Under the pieces are notes generated by a model. It was not told where the DNA came from and did not search any database. It saw only the letters and a list, made by a program, of their open reading frames with translations. 64,000 bases of DNA from Pirellulales bacterium. Its GTDB lineage: Bacteria > Planctomycetota > Planctomycetia > Pirellulales > JAICIG01. The translations under genes and the position numbers were made by a program. Below are positions 48,935-60,833 of this stretch, one piece after another. The DNA lies in assembly GCA_040901675.1 (NCBI GenBank), contig JBBDYJ010000011.1, forward strand, positions 64,001 through 128,000. The letters run 5' to 3'. Positions within the stretch are counted from its first letter, which is position 1; each line of letters begins with the position of its first letter.

Positions 48935-49818
48935 CTGCGATCATCCACGGTCGCCGCCGAGCGCGCGTCTTGCCGCGCCAGCCGGCTGCGGCGCCGCTCC
49001 TGCCGGAACATCATGAAAAGAAAACCTCCCATGCCCAGGACCGTGGCCGAACCGGCCAATCGCAGCGCCCCCGCAATCGCCAGCCCGTACTTGCCCGTGG
49101 TTGGGTCGTAGTGGTAGCACAGCAGCAGGACACGGTCGACCAGCCCTCCGATCCGCCCCGCCGAGCTCTCGACCAGCCCCAGCCGCAGGTCCTCCGGCGG
49201 ATAGTCGATGCCATAGAAGTACTTGGACACTTTGCCATCGGGCGTCAACACGATGATCCCGCTGGCGTGGGCGAATTGGCCGCTGACCGCATCATGCCGG
49301 TAGCGGAAACCGACGCAGCGGGCCAGCCGCTCGATCGACGGCTCGTCGCCCGTGAGAAAATGCCAGCCCTCGGCCGCCCCGGGCCGGCGGTAGGCGCCGA
49401 CGTATCGCTCCTTCTTTTCCGCGGCCAACTGCGGCGTTTCACTCGGATCGAAGCTCACCGTCACCACCTGGTAGTCGGCATCCATCCTGAACTTCAAAGC
49501 CTGGCTGCTCTTGAGAAAGCCATTCAGCACCTGGTTGCAGAGCATCGGGCAACGGTAGTAGACCAACAGCAGCACCACCGGCTGCTGATCGAAGTACTCG
49601 CTCAACCGCACGCGCCGGCCTGTCTCGTCGCGGAACTCGAGTTCCAACGGCACCTGCGCGTTCAGTCGCTGATCGATGCCCACATCCTGGATAATCGACT
49701 TCAGCGGGCTTTGAGCGCGGGCCGTGCAGTTGCCAAGAACCGCCATGGCCATTAGCGCCCCGCACAGCGCCCCGGCAGGGGCAGCCACCGGAGTTCCTGA
49801 CGAAAACGGAAAGTTCAT
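48931..49818 (-). CDS. SCO family copper chaperone
   Basis: YYRCPMLC, VSFDP, WHFLTG, AHASG, CYHYDP. Confidence 0.92.
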   Translation of the reverse strand: MNFPFSSGTPVAAPAGALCGALMAMAVLGNCTARAQSPLKSIIQDVGIDQRLNAQVPLELEFRDETGRRVRLSEYFDQQPVVLLLVYYRCPMLCNQVLNGFLKSSQALKFRMDADYQVVTVSFDPSETPQLAAEKKERYVGAYRRPGAAEGWHFLTGDEPSIERLARCVGFRYRHDAVSGQFAHASGIIVLTPDGKVSKYFYGIDYPPEDLRLGLVESSAGRIGGLVDRVLLLCYHYDPTTGKYGLAIAGALRLAGSATVLGMGGFLFMMFRQERRRSRLARQDARSAATVDDRR

Positions 49819-50246
49819 TGCGTTGTCTCGCCGAGAGAGTCTGGTTCCTGTGTCGTTGATTCCTCCGGAATCTCGGCCAATCCGCGCTCGACGAGCAGCT
49901 CCATCGCCCGCTCGATCGGTATCCGGACCACTTGCCGCTCCCGGTCGATCCAGTCGTATTCGCTGAGCTGCTTATGTTCGGCGGCCAGGAATTCCCCCAA
50001 GTCGCGCGCCGGCGACGGCCGCAGCGTGGGCGGCGGTGGTCCTTCCCGGCCGGCTAGCGGCGATACCTGCGGGTCGGCCCTTTCGGCTCGTCCCTCGAAG
50101 TAACGCGTCGCCCACCACAAAAGCGGGTGCACGAGTATCACAACGACCGCGAGCACCAAGGCGGAGATCAGGATCGCCCGGGGGCTGACGTCGGTCGTCT
50201 CGTGCCCCGGCTTGGGTTGTGACCGTGTCGAAGCCGGCTCAGCCAT
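49815..50246 (-). CDS. Single-TM accessory protein of the ACIII/caa3 locus
   Basis: GHETTDV, one TM helix, WIDR...VRIPIERAMELL; overlaps both neighbours. Confidence 0.75.
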   Translation of the reverse strand: MAEPASTRSQPKPGHETTDVSPRAILISALVLAVVVILVHPLLWWATRYFEGRAERADPQVSPLAGREGPPPPTLRPSPARDLGEFLAAEHKQLSEYDWIDRERQVVRIPIERAMELLVERGLAEIPEESTTQEPDSLGETTQ

Positions 50247-51414
50247 GGGCCCTCTCCTCGATCTGAACACCATACACCGGCAGCTTGGCTCGGGCCGATA
50301 GCCGCCAGGCGAAAACAGCCAGCCACAGGCCGCCGATGGCCACGGGCGCGGCCACGTGCAGCCAATGCAGTCGGATGCCCTGGGGATGAAATGCCGGCAT
50401 GACCAGCCAGAACAGGTCGACCAGCCGCATGCCCAGCAACACCACGAGCACAGTCGCCAGCCGCGCCGGAGCCCGCTTGGTGCGGCGCGACAATAGCAGC
50501 AGGAAAGGTACCGCAAAGTGAAACACGATCAGGCACCAGGCCAGCAACTGCCAGCCGCCCGCCGTGCGGTTTGCATACCAGGGAGTCTCCTCCGGCAGGT
50601 TCCCGGACCAGATGATCAGGTACTGCATGAACGCCACGTAGGACCAGAACATCACGAAAGCCAATAGCAGATTGCCCAGGTCGTTCAGCCGCTCCGGCGT
50701 CGCCGATTCCGACCAGGGGCGCCGACGGCCCAGCGCGATCACCGTCAACGTGGCGGCCGACATCCCCGCTACCGCCTGCCCGCCGATGAACAGCACTCCG
50801 TACATGCTGGAATACCAGTGCGGCTCCAGCGACATGGCCCAGTCGATCGAGGCAAACGTCACCGTCAGCCCATACAAGATGAGTCCCGGGCCGCTCAACA
50901 ACTGCAGCGGCCGCTGGCGGCGGGCCTCGGCCGGCGCGTCGGTCGTAGCGGACCAGCGGTTCGACCAGAGTGCCAGTGCGCTCCAGATGGCAAAGTACGC
51001 GGCGGCGCGGATGCCGAACGACTCCACGTTCAGATATCGCGATTTGCCGGCCAGCAGCGGATCGGCCTCCACCGCGCCGCTTTGCGCCCAGACATAAAGG
51101 TGCTCCATGCCCAACCAGACGGGCACGAACAACACCGCCAGCAAGGGAAGCGTGGCGGCGCCGCTTTCGACCACGCGGCGAATCACCCGCCCCCAGGCGC
51201 CGCCCGTCAAGTGGTGCAGCATGCTGATGGCCAGGCATCCCAAGGCGATCCCCAGCCAAAACAGGTGAGCGACCAGCCAGGCCGGATAGAACGATTCGGG
51301 TTCGGACCAGGCCCCGAAGGCGCACAGCCCCGCGCCGACCAGGCCCACCAGCAATCCAGCCAGCGCGTAGCCGGCGAGTCCCTGGCGCGTCTCTGTCGAG
51401 TCGGCGTGCGTCAT
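50239..51414 (-). CDS. actF: Alternative complex III subunit ActF
   Basis: HHLTGGAW, DWAMSLEPHWYSSMYG, DLGNLL, QYLIIWSGNLPEE; about 10 TM helices. Confidence 0.9.
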   Translation of the reverse strand: MTHADSTETRQGLAGYALAGLLVGLVGAGLCAFGAWSEPESFYPAWLVAHLFWLGIALGCLAISMLHHLTGGAWGRVIRRVVESGAATLPLLAVLFVPVWLGMEHLYVWAQSGAVEADPLLAGKSRYLNVESFGIRAAAYFAIWSALALWSNRWSATTDAPAEARRQRPLQLLSGPGLILYGLTVTFASIDWAMSLEPHWYSSMYGVLFIGGQAVAGMSAATLTVIALGRRRPWSESATPERLNDLGNLLLAFVMFWSYVAFMQYLIIWSGNLPEETPWYANRTAGGWQLLAWCLIVFHFAVPFLLLLSRRTKRAPARLATVLVVLLGMRLVDLFWLVMPAFHPQGIRLHWLHVAAPVAIGGLWLAVFAWRLSARAKLPVYGVQIEERAHG

Positions 51415-52031
51415 GGCCCGGCCTCCTCGAGGTGGGCCCGCTCGACGGGCGGCACGTCGTCGAGCGTGGCGTGTTGGCTGAGTTGCAAGGCCCGCAGATA
51501 AGCCACGATCGCCCAGCGGTCGGCCGGCTCGATCTGTGCCGCAAAGCGGGGCATCGCGCCGAAGCCGTTGGTGATCACGTCGAAAAAGTGTCCGGGGGGC
51601 GCCCGCCGCAGCCGCTCGCTGTGATAGGTGGGAGGCGCCCGGAATCCGCGCTGCACGATCATGCCGTCGCCGTCGCCGCTCGGACTGTGGCAAACCGAGC
51701 AAAAGATGGTGAACTCCCGCCGCCCCCGCTCGACTAGCTCGCCGTTCAGCTCGACGGGCAGTTGCCGCACAGATTCTCCACCGACCTTGCCCGTATGAAA
51801 AGCCTGGTCTTCGGCAAGCTGGCCCCGCGCCACCGTGCCCGCCACTAACGGCCGGGCCGACGTGCCGTCCTCGAAGAACGTACTCGGCTCCATGGTTTCG
51901 TAGCGGGGCTGATCGTACATGTCGCGGTGGCAGCCAGGCAGGCCGAGCATGAGCAACATCAGGGCCCCGCAGCCGCCGCGGTGCGGCGGCCGGCCATGGC
52001 CCAGCCGAAGCAGTGATCCGGTTTGTTTCAC
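51411..52031 (-). CDS. actE: Alternative complex III subunit ActE (monoheme cytochrome c lipoprotein)
   Basis: Lipobox LPGC, DMYDQPR, CSVCH, NGFGAMP, DRWAIVAY. Confidence 0.9.
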   Translation of the reverse strand: MKQTGSLLRLGHGRPPHRGGCGALMLLMLGLPGCHRDMYDQPRYETMEPSTFFEDGTSARPLVAGTVARGQLAEDQAFHTGKVGGESVRQLPVELNGELVERGRREFTIFCSVCHSPSGDGDGMIVQRGFRAPPTYHSERLRRAPPGHFFDVITNGFGAMPRFAAQIEPADRWAIVAYLRALQLSQHATLDDVPPVERAHLEEAGP

Positions 52032-52566
52032 GGCGGCACCTCGTAGACCGCCCGCGACCCAAGCCGGCGAAGGAACTCGCCGGTCCGCTCGGCGTCGAAC
52101 CGCGGGTCCCTGGCCTCAATGCACAGAAAGAACCGGTCGCGGCTGGCCAGCTTGAACTCAGACACGTTGAACAAAGGATGATACGGCATCGGCAACCCGT
52201 TCAAGGCCAGCATGCCCAGCACCGTGAAAAACGCCGCGCCCAGCACGGTCAGCTCGAACGTGACCGGGATGAAGGCCGGCCAACTGTGCAGCGGCCGGCC
52301 GCCGACGTTCAGCGGATAGTCGAGCACCGAGGCGTAGTACTGCAATGCGTATCCCGTCAATCCACCCAGCACCCCGCCCAGCAGCGTCAACAGCGGCAGC
52401 CGCGTGGTGTGATGCCCCAGTGCTTCGGCGAGCCCTTCCATCGGTATCGGCGTGTAAGCCTCGATCCGCCGGTAGCCTTCCGCGTGCGTTCTCTTGGCGG
52501 CCTCGAACAGATCCTCTGGCTTGTCGAACTCGGCCAGCAAGCCGTACAGGGCGACATCTTGACTGC

Positions 52567-52570
<4 letters not shown>
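52028..52570 (-). CDS. actD: Alternative complex III subunit ActD (DUF3341)
   Basis: YGLLAEF, YTPIP, YPLNVGGRP, FIPVTFELTVL, DRFFLCIEARDP. Confidence 0.92.
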
Positions 52571-53963
<1,393 letters not shown>

Positions 53964-53967
<4 letters not shown>

Positions 53968-56900
53968 GTGCCGGTCCTTTCCCCTTCCTGGTCTCGCTCC
54001 CCGCGCTGCGCCCCCGCAATCGGCGCCGCGCCCAGGCGCGGGTGCCGATTCACCAGTCGCGCCAGATACGTCGTGCGCGGCTGCGTGCCCAACTCGTCCA
54101 ACAGCGCGTAATTGAGCGGCAGTTCCTTCAGCGCGCGGACCCGGCTCGTGCCATCGTTGATATTGCCGAAAACGATGGCCTGCGTGGGGCAGGCGGCCTG
54201 GCAAGCGGTCACCACCTCGCCGTCGCGGATCGCCCGGTTTTCCTTTTTGGCGTCGATTCGGGCCGCGCTGATCCGCTGCACGCAATAAGTGCACTTTTCC
54301 ATCACGCCGCGGCTGCGGACCGTGACGTCGGGATTGCGCAGCAGCTTGAGCACCTCCGTCTTTTCATCCACGTATTGCAGGTAGTTGAACCGTCTGACTT
54401 TGTAGGGGCAGTTGTTCGAGCAGTACCGCGTACCGACGCAGCGGTTGTAAATCATCTCGTTCAGACCTTCGTGGTCGTGCACGGTCGCCGCCACCGGGCA
54501 GACCACCTCGCACGGCGCTTTCTCGCAGTGCATGCAGAGCATCGGCTGAAAAAAAGTCTGCGGATTGCCCAGCAAGCCCGCCACGTCGTCCCCTTCGCCT
54601 TCGTAGTAGCGGTCGATCCGCAGCCAGTGCATCTCGCGGCCCCGGCCGACCTGCTCCTTGCCCACGATGGGGATGTTGTTCTCGGCCTGGCATGCCACCA
54701 CGCAGGCATTGCAGCCGATGCAGGCCGTCTGGTCGATCACCATCCCCCAGGCGTTCCCCTCGTACGGGTATTCCGGATACAACGAGACCGGCTCGTGCCC
54801 GCCGTGCGCCGCCGGTCCGTGCCCCGCTTGGGCAGCCGGGCCGCCCCCCGCATCCCCGCCGCCAGCATCGCCATTGGGCTGGCGGTGTCCCGCCTGCCTC
54901 TCGTATTGGTCCCAGGCGGCGACGCGCACCAGGTCGCGTCCTTCCATCGACCAGTGGTCCTGCGTCGTGACCAACGGATAGCGCCGGCGTGTCTTCTTCA
55001 ACCGCCCCCGGGCGGTCCAGGGCTGATCCGATACTCGAATCGCATAGCCGTTGAAGCCCAGCCCCTCCCCAACCCGCCCCGTGCGCCAGCGTCCATACCC
55101 CAACGGCACCGTGACCGTGTCGTCGGCCTGGCCCGGCATGATCCAGACGGGCGCATCGACCGTGTGCTTGCCGACGTGTAACTCCACGACGTCTTCGTTG
55201 GCCACCCCCAGCCGCTGAGCAGTCGCCTGGCTGATCAGGGCCGCATTGTCCCAACACAGCTTGGTCAGCGGCTTGGGCAGTTCCTGCAGCCAGCCGTTGT
55301 TTGCGAAGCGCCCGTCGAAGATCGTCGGATCGCGGCGGAAAACGATCTCCACCGGCTCGCCGTCGCCGGCCTGGTCCTCGCGGAGCGCATCGTCCATGGT
55401 CCCGCTTGCAGGCGACCACTGCACCTGCCGCACCTCCGCGGCCGTTCCGGGCACGATGCCGTCGTGCAGGGCCTTGCGCCATGCCGCGCCCGGCTCCTGG
55501 GACTCCAGCCGCTCTTGCCAGTGCTGCTCGACGATCTCAAAGCTCGTTCGCTGCGCCTCGCCCGACAGCGCGGCCACCACCTCGTGCGCCGTCTTGCCGC
55601 CGTACAACGGGGCGATCAACGGTTGCAGGATCGTGGCGGTGCCGTCGTGCGCCCGGGCGTCGCTCCATGATTCCAGCTCGTGGGCCGCCGGAATGTGCCA
55701 GTGCGACAGGAACGAAGTCTCGTCGTAGTAGTCCGACAGGTGGATGCAAAGTCTCACCCGCGACAGGTTATCGGCAAACTCCAGGTCGGCCGGAGCCGTG
55801 TAGACCGGGTTGCCTCCCAGGATCACCAGCAGCTCGACTTCGGAGCTCCGCATCCGGCGCACCAGGTCGGCCAGCGAGGCGCGCTGGTCCCTCGGCCGGG
55901 CCTCGACCGGCTCGATGTATTCGACCGTCCGGCCGACGTTGCCCAGGGCGCCGTTGATGGCATGAGCCACGGCGTGCACGCCGGGCGGCTGCCCCTCCCC
56001 CGCCAGGATGAGGCCGGCTCCCCGCTGGCCCGACAGATCCTCCGCCACCGCCGCAAGCCACCTGTCCCAAACCCCCTCGGCTGCTTCGCCGGCCCCGTCG
56101 AATCCCTCGACGCCCAAGCGGGCCGCCACCGCGCGGGCCATCGACTCGATCCTTCCGCCGGACAACGGTAGCCGATGGTCCGCCATGGCGCCGGTGAGCG
56201 ACGGCGTCGGCTCGACGACGTACAAGCGATTCATCGGCGCGCCGGCCCCTGGCTTGTGCGCCGCCTCCCGGCGCGTCTGCATGAAATCGCGCGCGTAACG
56301 CAGGCTGCCGTGCATCCCGGCCAGAAAGTCGGCGTCGAGCGACAGAACGACCCGGGCGCGGTCGAAGTGATAGAGCATGTCGACGTCGGAATCGAATGCC
56401 AGCCGCGCGCCGGCCCGGATGTTGTCCGGGCCTAAAGGTTCGTACTGGTGCCACTCGGCGGCCGGAAATCGCCCCAGCAGCCTCTGGATCTGGTCGGCCA
56501 GCGTGGGCGACGTGACCGTCCCGGTCAGAAGGTGCAGCCCCTTCCCCTGCCGGTTGACCAAGCCGGGCAGCTCCGCCGCCAGCGTGGTCAGAAACCGGTC
56601 CCAGGTATCGATCCGGCCGCGGAACATCACCGTCTGCGACCGGTCCGGGTCGTACAACGACAGGATCGAAGCTTGTGCAAAGGCGTCGGTCGCCCCGCGG
56701 CTGGCCGGATGTTCGCCGTTGCCTTCGATCTTGGTGGGCCGGCCCATGTGGCTTTCGACCAGCACGCCCCTGGCATAGCCCCCCAGCGTCGTCGCCGTGG
56801 CAAAGAACAACGGTTTGCCCGGCACGGCCTGCTCCGGCGAACGGACATAAGGCACGATCGTTTCGGCCGGTTCGCGCACGCACCCCGTGGCGCCGGCGAG

Positions 56901-57137
56901 TGCCAACGAGGCGGCCATGAGCTTCAGAAAATTCCGCCTGCCCGAGACATCGTGCCACTCGGAGGCGTGCCGGGGAAACTCGCGCTCGACAAAGCTGCGG
57001 AACTCCGGCGTCGCGGCAAGCTGCTCGAGGCTCCGCCAGTATGCCCGGTTTCCTGGTGCCAGGCCGCCGGCCGCCTCGCCCGCTCGGGCGAGCGGCGCGG
57101 GTGCGCGTGGATCGCGGCGTGTCGGGTCGAGCGTCAT
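53964..57137 (-). CDS. actB: Alternative complex III subunit ActB (Tat; molybdopterin-oxidoreductase-like + Fe-S domain)
   Basis: YWRSLE, GRRNFLKL, GRPTKIEGN, CIGCNACVVAC, CMHCEKAPCEVVCP, CVGTRYCSNNCPY, EKCTYC. Confidence 0.95.
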
Positions 57138-57778
57138 CGGTGGCAAATCCAGCAGTCGCTGAGTTGCTCTTTCTTGATGCCAAATTGGCGGACCAGATCG
57201 TCGCCGTCGGCGTGCGGCTGCCCGCCGAAATGATAGATCTGATCCAGTGGGCGGACAAAAGTCTGGGGCTGCCGGTGACAGTCGAGGCACCACTCCATGT
57301 GCAACGAGGCGGCCTTGCGCATCAGCGGCATCTGATCGACGCGGCCATGGCAGCTCTCGCAGCCGATTCCCTTGGCCACGTGAATCCCATGATTGAAGTA
57401 GACGAAGTCGGGCAAGTCGTGAACGCGGGTCCAGGCCAGCGGCCGGCCGGTGCGGAAGCTTTCGCGCACCGGCGCCAACAACGGGCTGTCGGCCCAGATC
57501 TGCGAGTGGCAGCCCATGCAGACTTCGCTGGCCGGCATGCCGGCGAAGGCGGACTTCTCCACCGACGTATGGCAGTAGCGGCAATCGATGCCCAGCCCGC
57601 GGACATGATGGTCGTGGCTGAAGGGCACGGGCTGGTCACGGACGACGTCGACTCCGGTCGCGTAGGGCGAGCGGATGCCGACGCTCCACAGCCATGCCAG
57701 GGCGGCAAGAATGAACACCCCGCCGAAGATCGTCGCCTTCGAGAAGGTGTTGGTGCTGGGATGAAATAGCTGCGCCAT
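57134..57778 (-). CDS. actA: Alternative complex III subunit ActA (pentaheme cytochrome c)
   Basis: Five CxxCH motifs (CRYCH, CMGCH, CESCH, CLDCH, CWICH); QPVPFSH. Confidence 0.95.
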   Translation of the reverse strand: MAQLFHPSTNTFSKATIFGGVFILAALAWLWSVGIRSPYATGVDVVRDQPVPFSHDHHVRGLGIDCRYCHTSVEKSAFAGMPASEVCMGCHSQIWADSPLLAPVRESFRTGRPLAWTRVHDLPDFVYFNHGIHVAKGIGCESCHGRVDQMPLMRKAASLHMEWCLDCHRQPQTFVRPLDQIYHFGGQPHADGDDLVRQFGIKKEQLSDCWICHR

Positions 57779-57819
57779 GGAGACCTTGCCTTGCCGACGG
57801 GCTTCGGGAAGCCATCGAC

Positions 57820-57855
57820 AAAAAAAGCCTCGCTACCCCGAAGAGCGGCAGAGGC
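57820..57855 (-). terminator. Intrinsic terminator-like hairpin 41 nt upstream of actA
   Basis: Minus strand GCCTCTGCCGCTCTTCGGGGTAGCGAGGC followed by TTTTTTT. Confidence 0.7.
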
Positions 57856-57905
57856 CGTCGTTGCCGGCTGTCATTCTACCCATCGCGGGCAGGTCGTGTG
57901 CGGCC

Positions 57906-57935
57906 ATGATAGGGCAGGCGCCGCTTGGCTGTCAA
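57906..57935 (-). promoter_or_regulatory. Putative sigma70 promoter for the act-cta operon
   Basis: Minus strand TTGACA(57935-57930)-N18-TATCAT(57911-57906), overlapping the kinase stop codon. Confidence 0.55.
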
Positions 57936-60112
57936 TCAATCTCGCTCAGTGGATCCACGCGCCGCTTGGCAGCATACAAGTCGCTTACGGGGCGCTGTTT
58001 GCCGAGCGAGTCCAGCCGAGCAAGACCCACCAACTCGCGCAGCACGCGCTCGCCTTTCAGCTTCTCCGGATCGGCGCCCAGTCGATGGGCTTCCTTCAGG
58101 TAGTTGAACGCAACCTCGGCGAGCTCATCCCGGTTGCCCGCGGACTTCGACGAGATCAGCGCCGCATCGAACAGCAGCTCACCGGTCACCGGCCCGACGG
58201 CCAGCGCCAGCATGATATCGGCCTGGGCCCTGGGCTTCACCAGGCGGTCCTCCCGGAGGGAGAGCCGGAATTCGACCATGGCGCGGTTGTGCAGCGCCGC
58301 TTGCAAGGAGGGATCGAGTTGCAAAGCCACGTCGAGCCAGTGCCCCGCCTTGGCCAATTCCGCTTTTCTCATCAAGGCCACGGCGAAATTGTTGAGCAGC
58401 GGTGCGGTGGCGAAGCCCTTTTCAATAGCCTCTGAATAGCTGGCAATCGCCAAAACGTCGTCCGACTCGGCGCGGCACTCGGCAATGCAGGCGAAAACCA
58501 GAGGGTTGGGACGGATCCGGCGGGCCTCATTGTAGTCTTTCAAAGCCTCTCCGTGGTCGCCCATCCCGTGCCACGCGCGGCCGCGGCCGAACCAACCCTC
58601 GTACGAATTCGGGTCATGATCAACCGCCTCCCTGAAGTAATCCTTCGCCTCGGCCAGCTTGCCCGACGCCAGCGCCTGCTGACCCCGCTGGAGCAGCCGC
58701 TCTTCGATGGGCGGAAGACTGGCCAGGCCCACTGCGCCGGCCGCGCCCATCGCCAGCACGCCCGCGACGAGGGCGCTCGACAGCCGGCGATGGGTCCGGG
58801 CCCAGCGGTACGAGCGGCGCCGCCGGCTCAGCGATTGCCGCAGGGCCGCCGCCAGTTGCTCGCCCGACTGCGGACGCTTCTGGGCATCGAACGCCAGGCA
58901 ACCGGCGATCAGCCGGGCCAGCGGCGGATCGACGTCCGGATTCGACACCTCAGCCGGGCCGGCCTCCTGCCGGTTCAGCAGATCGGCGGCCAGCTCCTTG
59001 ATGGGCACCTCGGCGTCCACCTCGCCAAACGGAAAGCTGCCGCACAACATCTCGTATAACACCACTCCCAGCGAGAATAAGTCGTCGCGAGGGTCGGCCT
59101 CCGTGACGCCCTTGAGCGGACGGCCAAGCATCTGGGCCAACGGTCCGGGCGCCATGTACGGCACCGTCCCGCCCATCCGCCGCTCGAGCAACTGTTCGTC
59201 CGGCGAAAGATTGAAGTCCAGCAGCATCGGTTTGCCGTCGGGACTCATCAGCACGTTCGACGGCTTCAGATCGCCGTGGCAAACCCCGCGCGCATGCGTG
59301 TAGTTCAAAGCCTCGGCCAATTGCGCTGCGAGATGGATCACCGCGTCGACATACCCTCGGCGATCGATCAGCGGGTCGCTCGGCAAGGGATCCACCGGCT
59401 GGCAGGCCTCGTTGAAGGCCGCGATCGCCTGCATGATGGCGCGCCCCTTCTGGGGGCGGCCGGTTGGGCCAAAGACGCGGCTCAAGACGTCGGCGAGCGT
59501 GACCTGCCCAAGAAAAGGCATGCAAATCGCCGACAAGTCACTCGAATAGTCGTGCCGGACGGAGTAGACCGGAACAACATTCGGATGCCGCAGCTTGCCG
59601 AGAGTTTCGGCTTCGTCCGCGGCTTCTCGGGAGAACTTCACTGCTACCGGGCGGTTGCCCAAGGCTGGCTCGACCGCCAGGTAGACACGGGCAAACGTGC
59701 CCCGGCCCAACTCCTCCAGCAGGTGGAAGCCCAACAGGGTCTCGCCCACCTCCGGCCACTTGACGACTTCGTCTCCTTCGGCTCCCGGCACAAAATCGGG
59801 GTTCGTCAGCACGAGCCCGTTAACGGACAAAAGCTTGCGGAGGGCGTTCTCGTGTACGCCGAATTGGCGGGAGAACTCGGCGCGGTCGACCGGGGCACCG
59901 GCTTCGATCCGCTGGCTGTACTCCTCGAAAGCTACGTCAAGGATGACGCTGCGGCAGTGACCCACCTCCGGATGCTGCTTTAGCAACTCGTCGGCCGTGA
60001 CTTGCTCGCCGCGCGCCCAGCCGTCCCGCATCCGCTGGATCAACTTTTCCTTCAGGCTCCGTCGACATGGGGCGACTACAGTCTGGGTCGCCCCGCCTGA
60101 ATGGCCGCTCAT
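57932..60112 (-). CDS. Membrane Ser/Thr protein kinase with C-terminal TPR domain
   Basis: LGRGTFARV, VAVK, HGDLKPSN, LLDFNL, DDLFSLG; TM helix then TPRs. Confidence 0.92.
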   Translation of the reverse strand: MSGHSGGATQTVVAPCRRSLKEKLIQRMRDGWARGEQVTADELLKQHPEVGHCRSVILDVAFEEYSQRIEAGAPVDRAEFSRQFGVHENALRKLLSVNGLVLTNPDFVPGAEGDEVVKWPEVGETLLGFHLLEELGRGTFARVYLAVEPALGNRPVAVKFSREAADEAETLGKLRHPNVVPVYSVRHDYSSDLSAICMPFLGQVTLADVLSRVFGPTGRPQKGRAIMQAIAAFNEACQPVDPLPSDPLIDRRGYVDAVIHLAAQLAEALNYTHARGVCHGDLKPSNVLMSPDGKPMLLDFNLSPDEQLLERRMGGTVPYMAPGPLAQMLGRPLKGVTEADPRDDLFSLGVVLYEMLCGSFPFGEVDAEVPIKELAADLLNRQEAGPAEVSNPDVDPPLARLIAGCLAFDAQKRPQSGEQLAAALRQSLSRRRRSYRWARTHRRLSSALVAGVLAMGAAGAVGLASLPPIEERLLQRGQQALASGKLAEAKDYFREAVDHDPNSYEGWFGRGRAWHGMGDHGEALKDYNEARRIRPNPLVFACIAECRAESDDVLAIASYSEAIEKGFATAPLLNNFAVALMRKAELAKAGHWLDVALQLDPSLQAALHNRAMVEFRLSLREDRLVKPRAQADIMLALAVGPVTGELLFDAALISSKSAGNRDELAEVAFNYLKEAHRLGADPEKLKGERVLRELVGLARLDSLGKQRPVSDLYAAKRRVDPLSEID

Positions 60113-60696
60113 GAGTCGTCCTCGGGAAATCGGTGAATCACCCTCTGGACTGTCCGAATATGTAGACCCGTTCGCGCCGCGATTTCCGCCTGCGTCATTC
60201 CTGACCGCCGCAGCCGGAAAATCTCCTGGTAGTGCAGTGGCAGCTTAGCCATCGCGCGGGCCAGAGCTTCGTTGGTGGCCGCCACCTGGCTCGGCGTGGG
60301 CTGGCGGGCAGCCAGTTGGATCGCGTCGTACTCGGCCGATCCATCCAGCGAGCGCTCGCGGTTGACGTTGCATTTTTGAGTCTGGAACAAGCGGCGGAAC
60401 TCCTCGATCACCTTGTTCCTGCCCGCACCGAGCACGTAACGGGCCAGCGACTCCGGCCCGTGCACCCGCTCGAAAAACGCCGGGTCGGAAAAAAATGAAG
60501 TCCACACCGCCTGCGTGAAGTCGGCCGAATCGAACTGGCGCCGCATTTTCTTGTTGAGCATTCGTCGCACCGCACGCTCAACGTATTCTCCGTATTCTGC
60601 CACCAACTGGGTGGCCGCTTCTTGCGAGCCGTTGCGGATCCCCTCCATCAGCTCGGCAAACCTTTTGTCGTTATGCGCAGCCGGATCGTCACTCAT
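60109..60696 (-). CDS. ECF RNA polymerase sigma factor (kinase-associated type)
   Basis: GSQEAATQL, FDSADFTQAVW, TPSQ, region 4 EIAARTG...TVQRV; stop overlaps the kinase ATG (ATGA); start uncertain. Confidence 0.88.
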   Translation of the reverse strand: MSDDPAAHNDKRFAELMEGIRNGSQEAATQLVAEYGEYVERAVRRMLNKKMRRQFDSADFTQAVWTSFFSDPAFFERVHGPESLARYVLGAGRNKVIEEFRRLFQTQKCNVNRERSLDGSAEYDAIQLAARQPTPSQVAATNEALARAMAKLPLHYQEIFRLRRSGMTQAEIAARTGLHIRTVQRVIHRFPEDDS

Positions 60697-60833
60697 AACC
60701 CAAAATGCTATCACGAGTTCAAGGGAAACCCAAGCGCTTTTCGCCCATTTCGCTTGAGACCCTCGCCCAACATCCTTATATTGATTCAAGTGAGGAATTT
60801 GCCACTGCCACTGCCGTTGGAGGAGCTCTTGCC

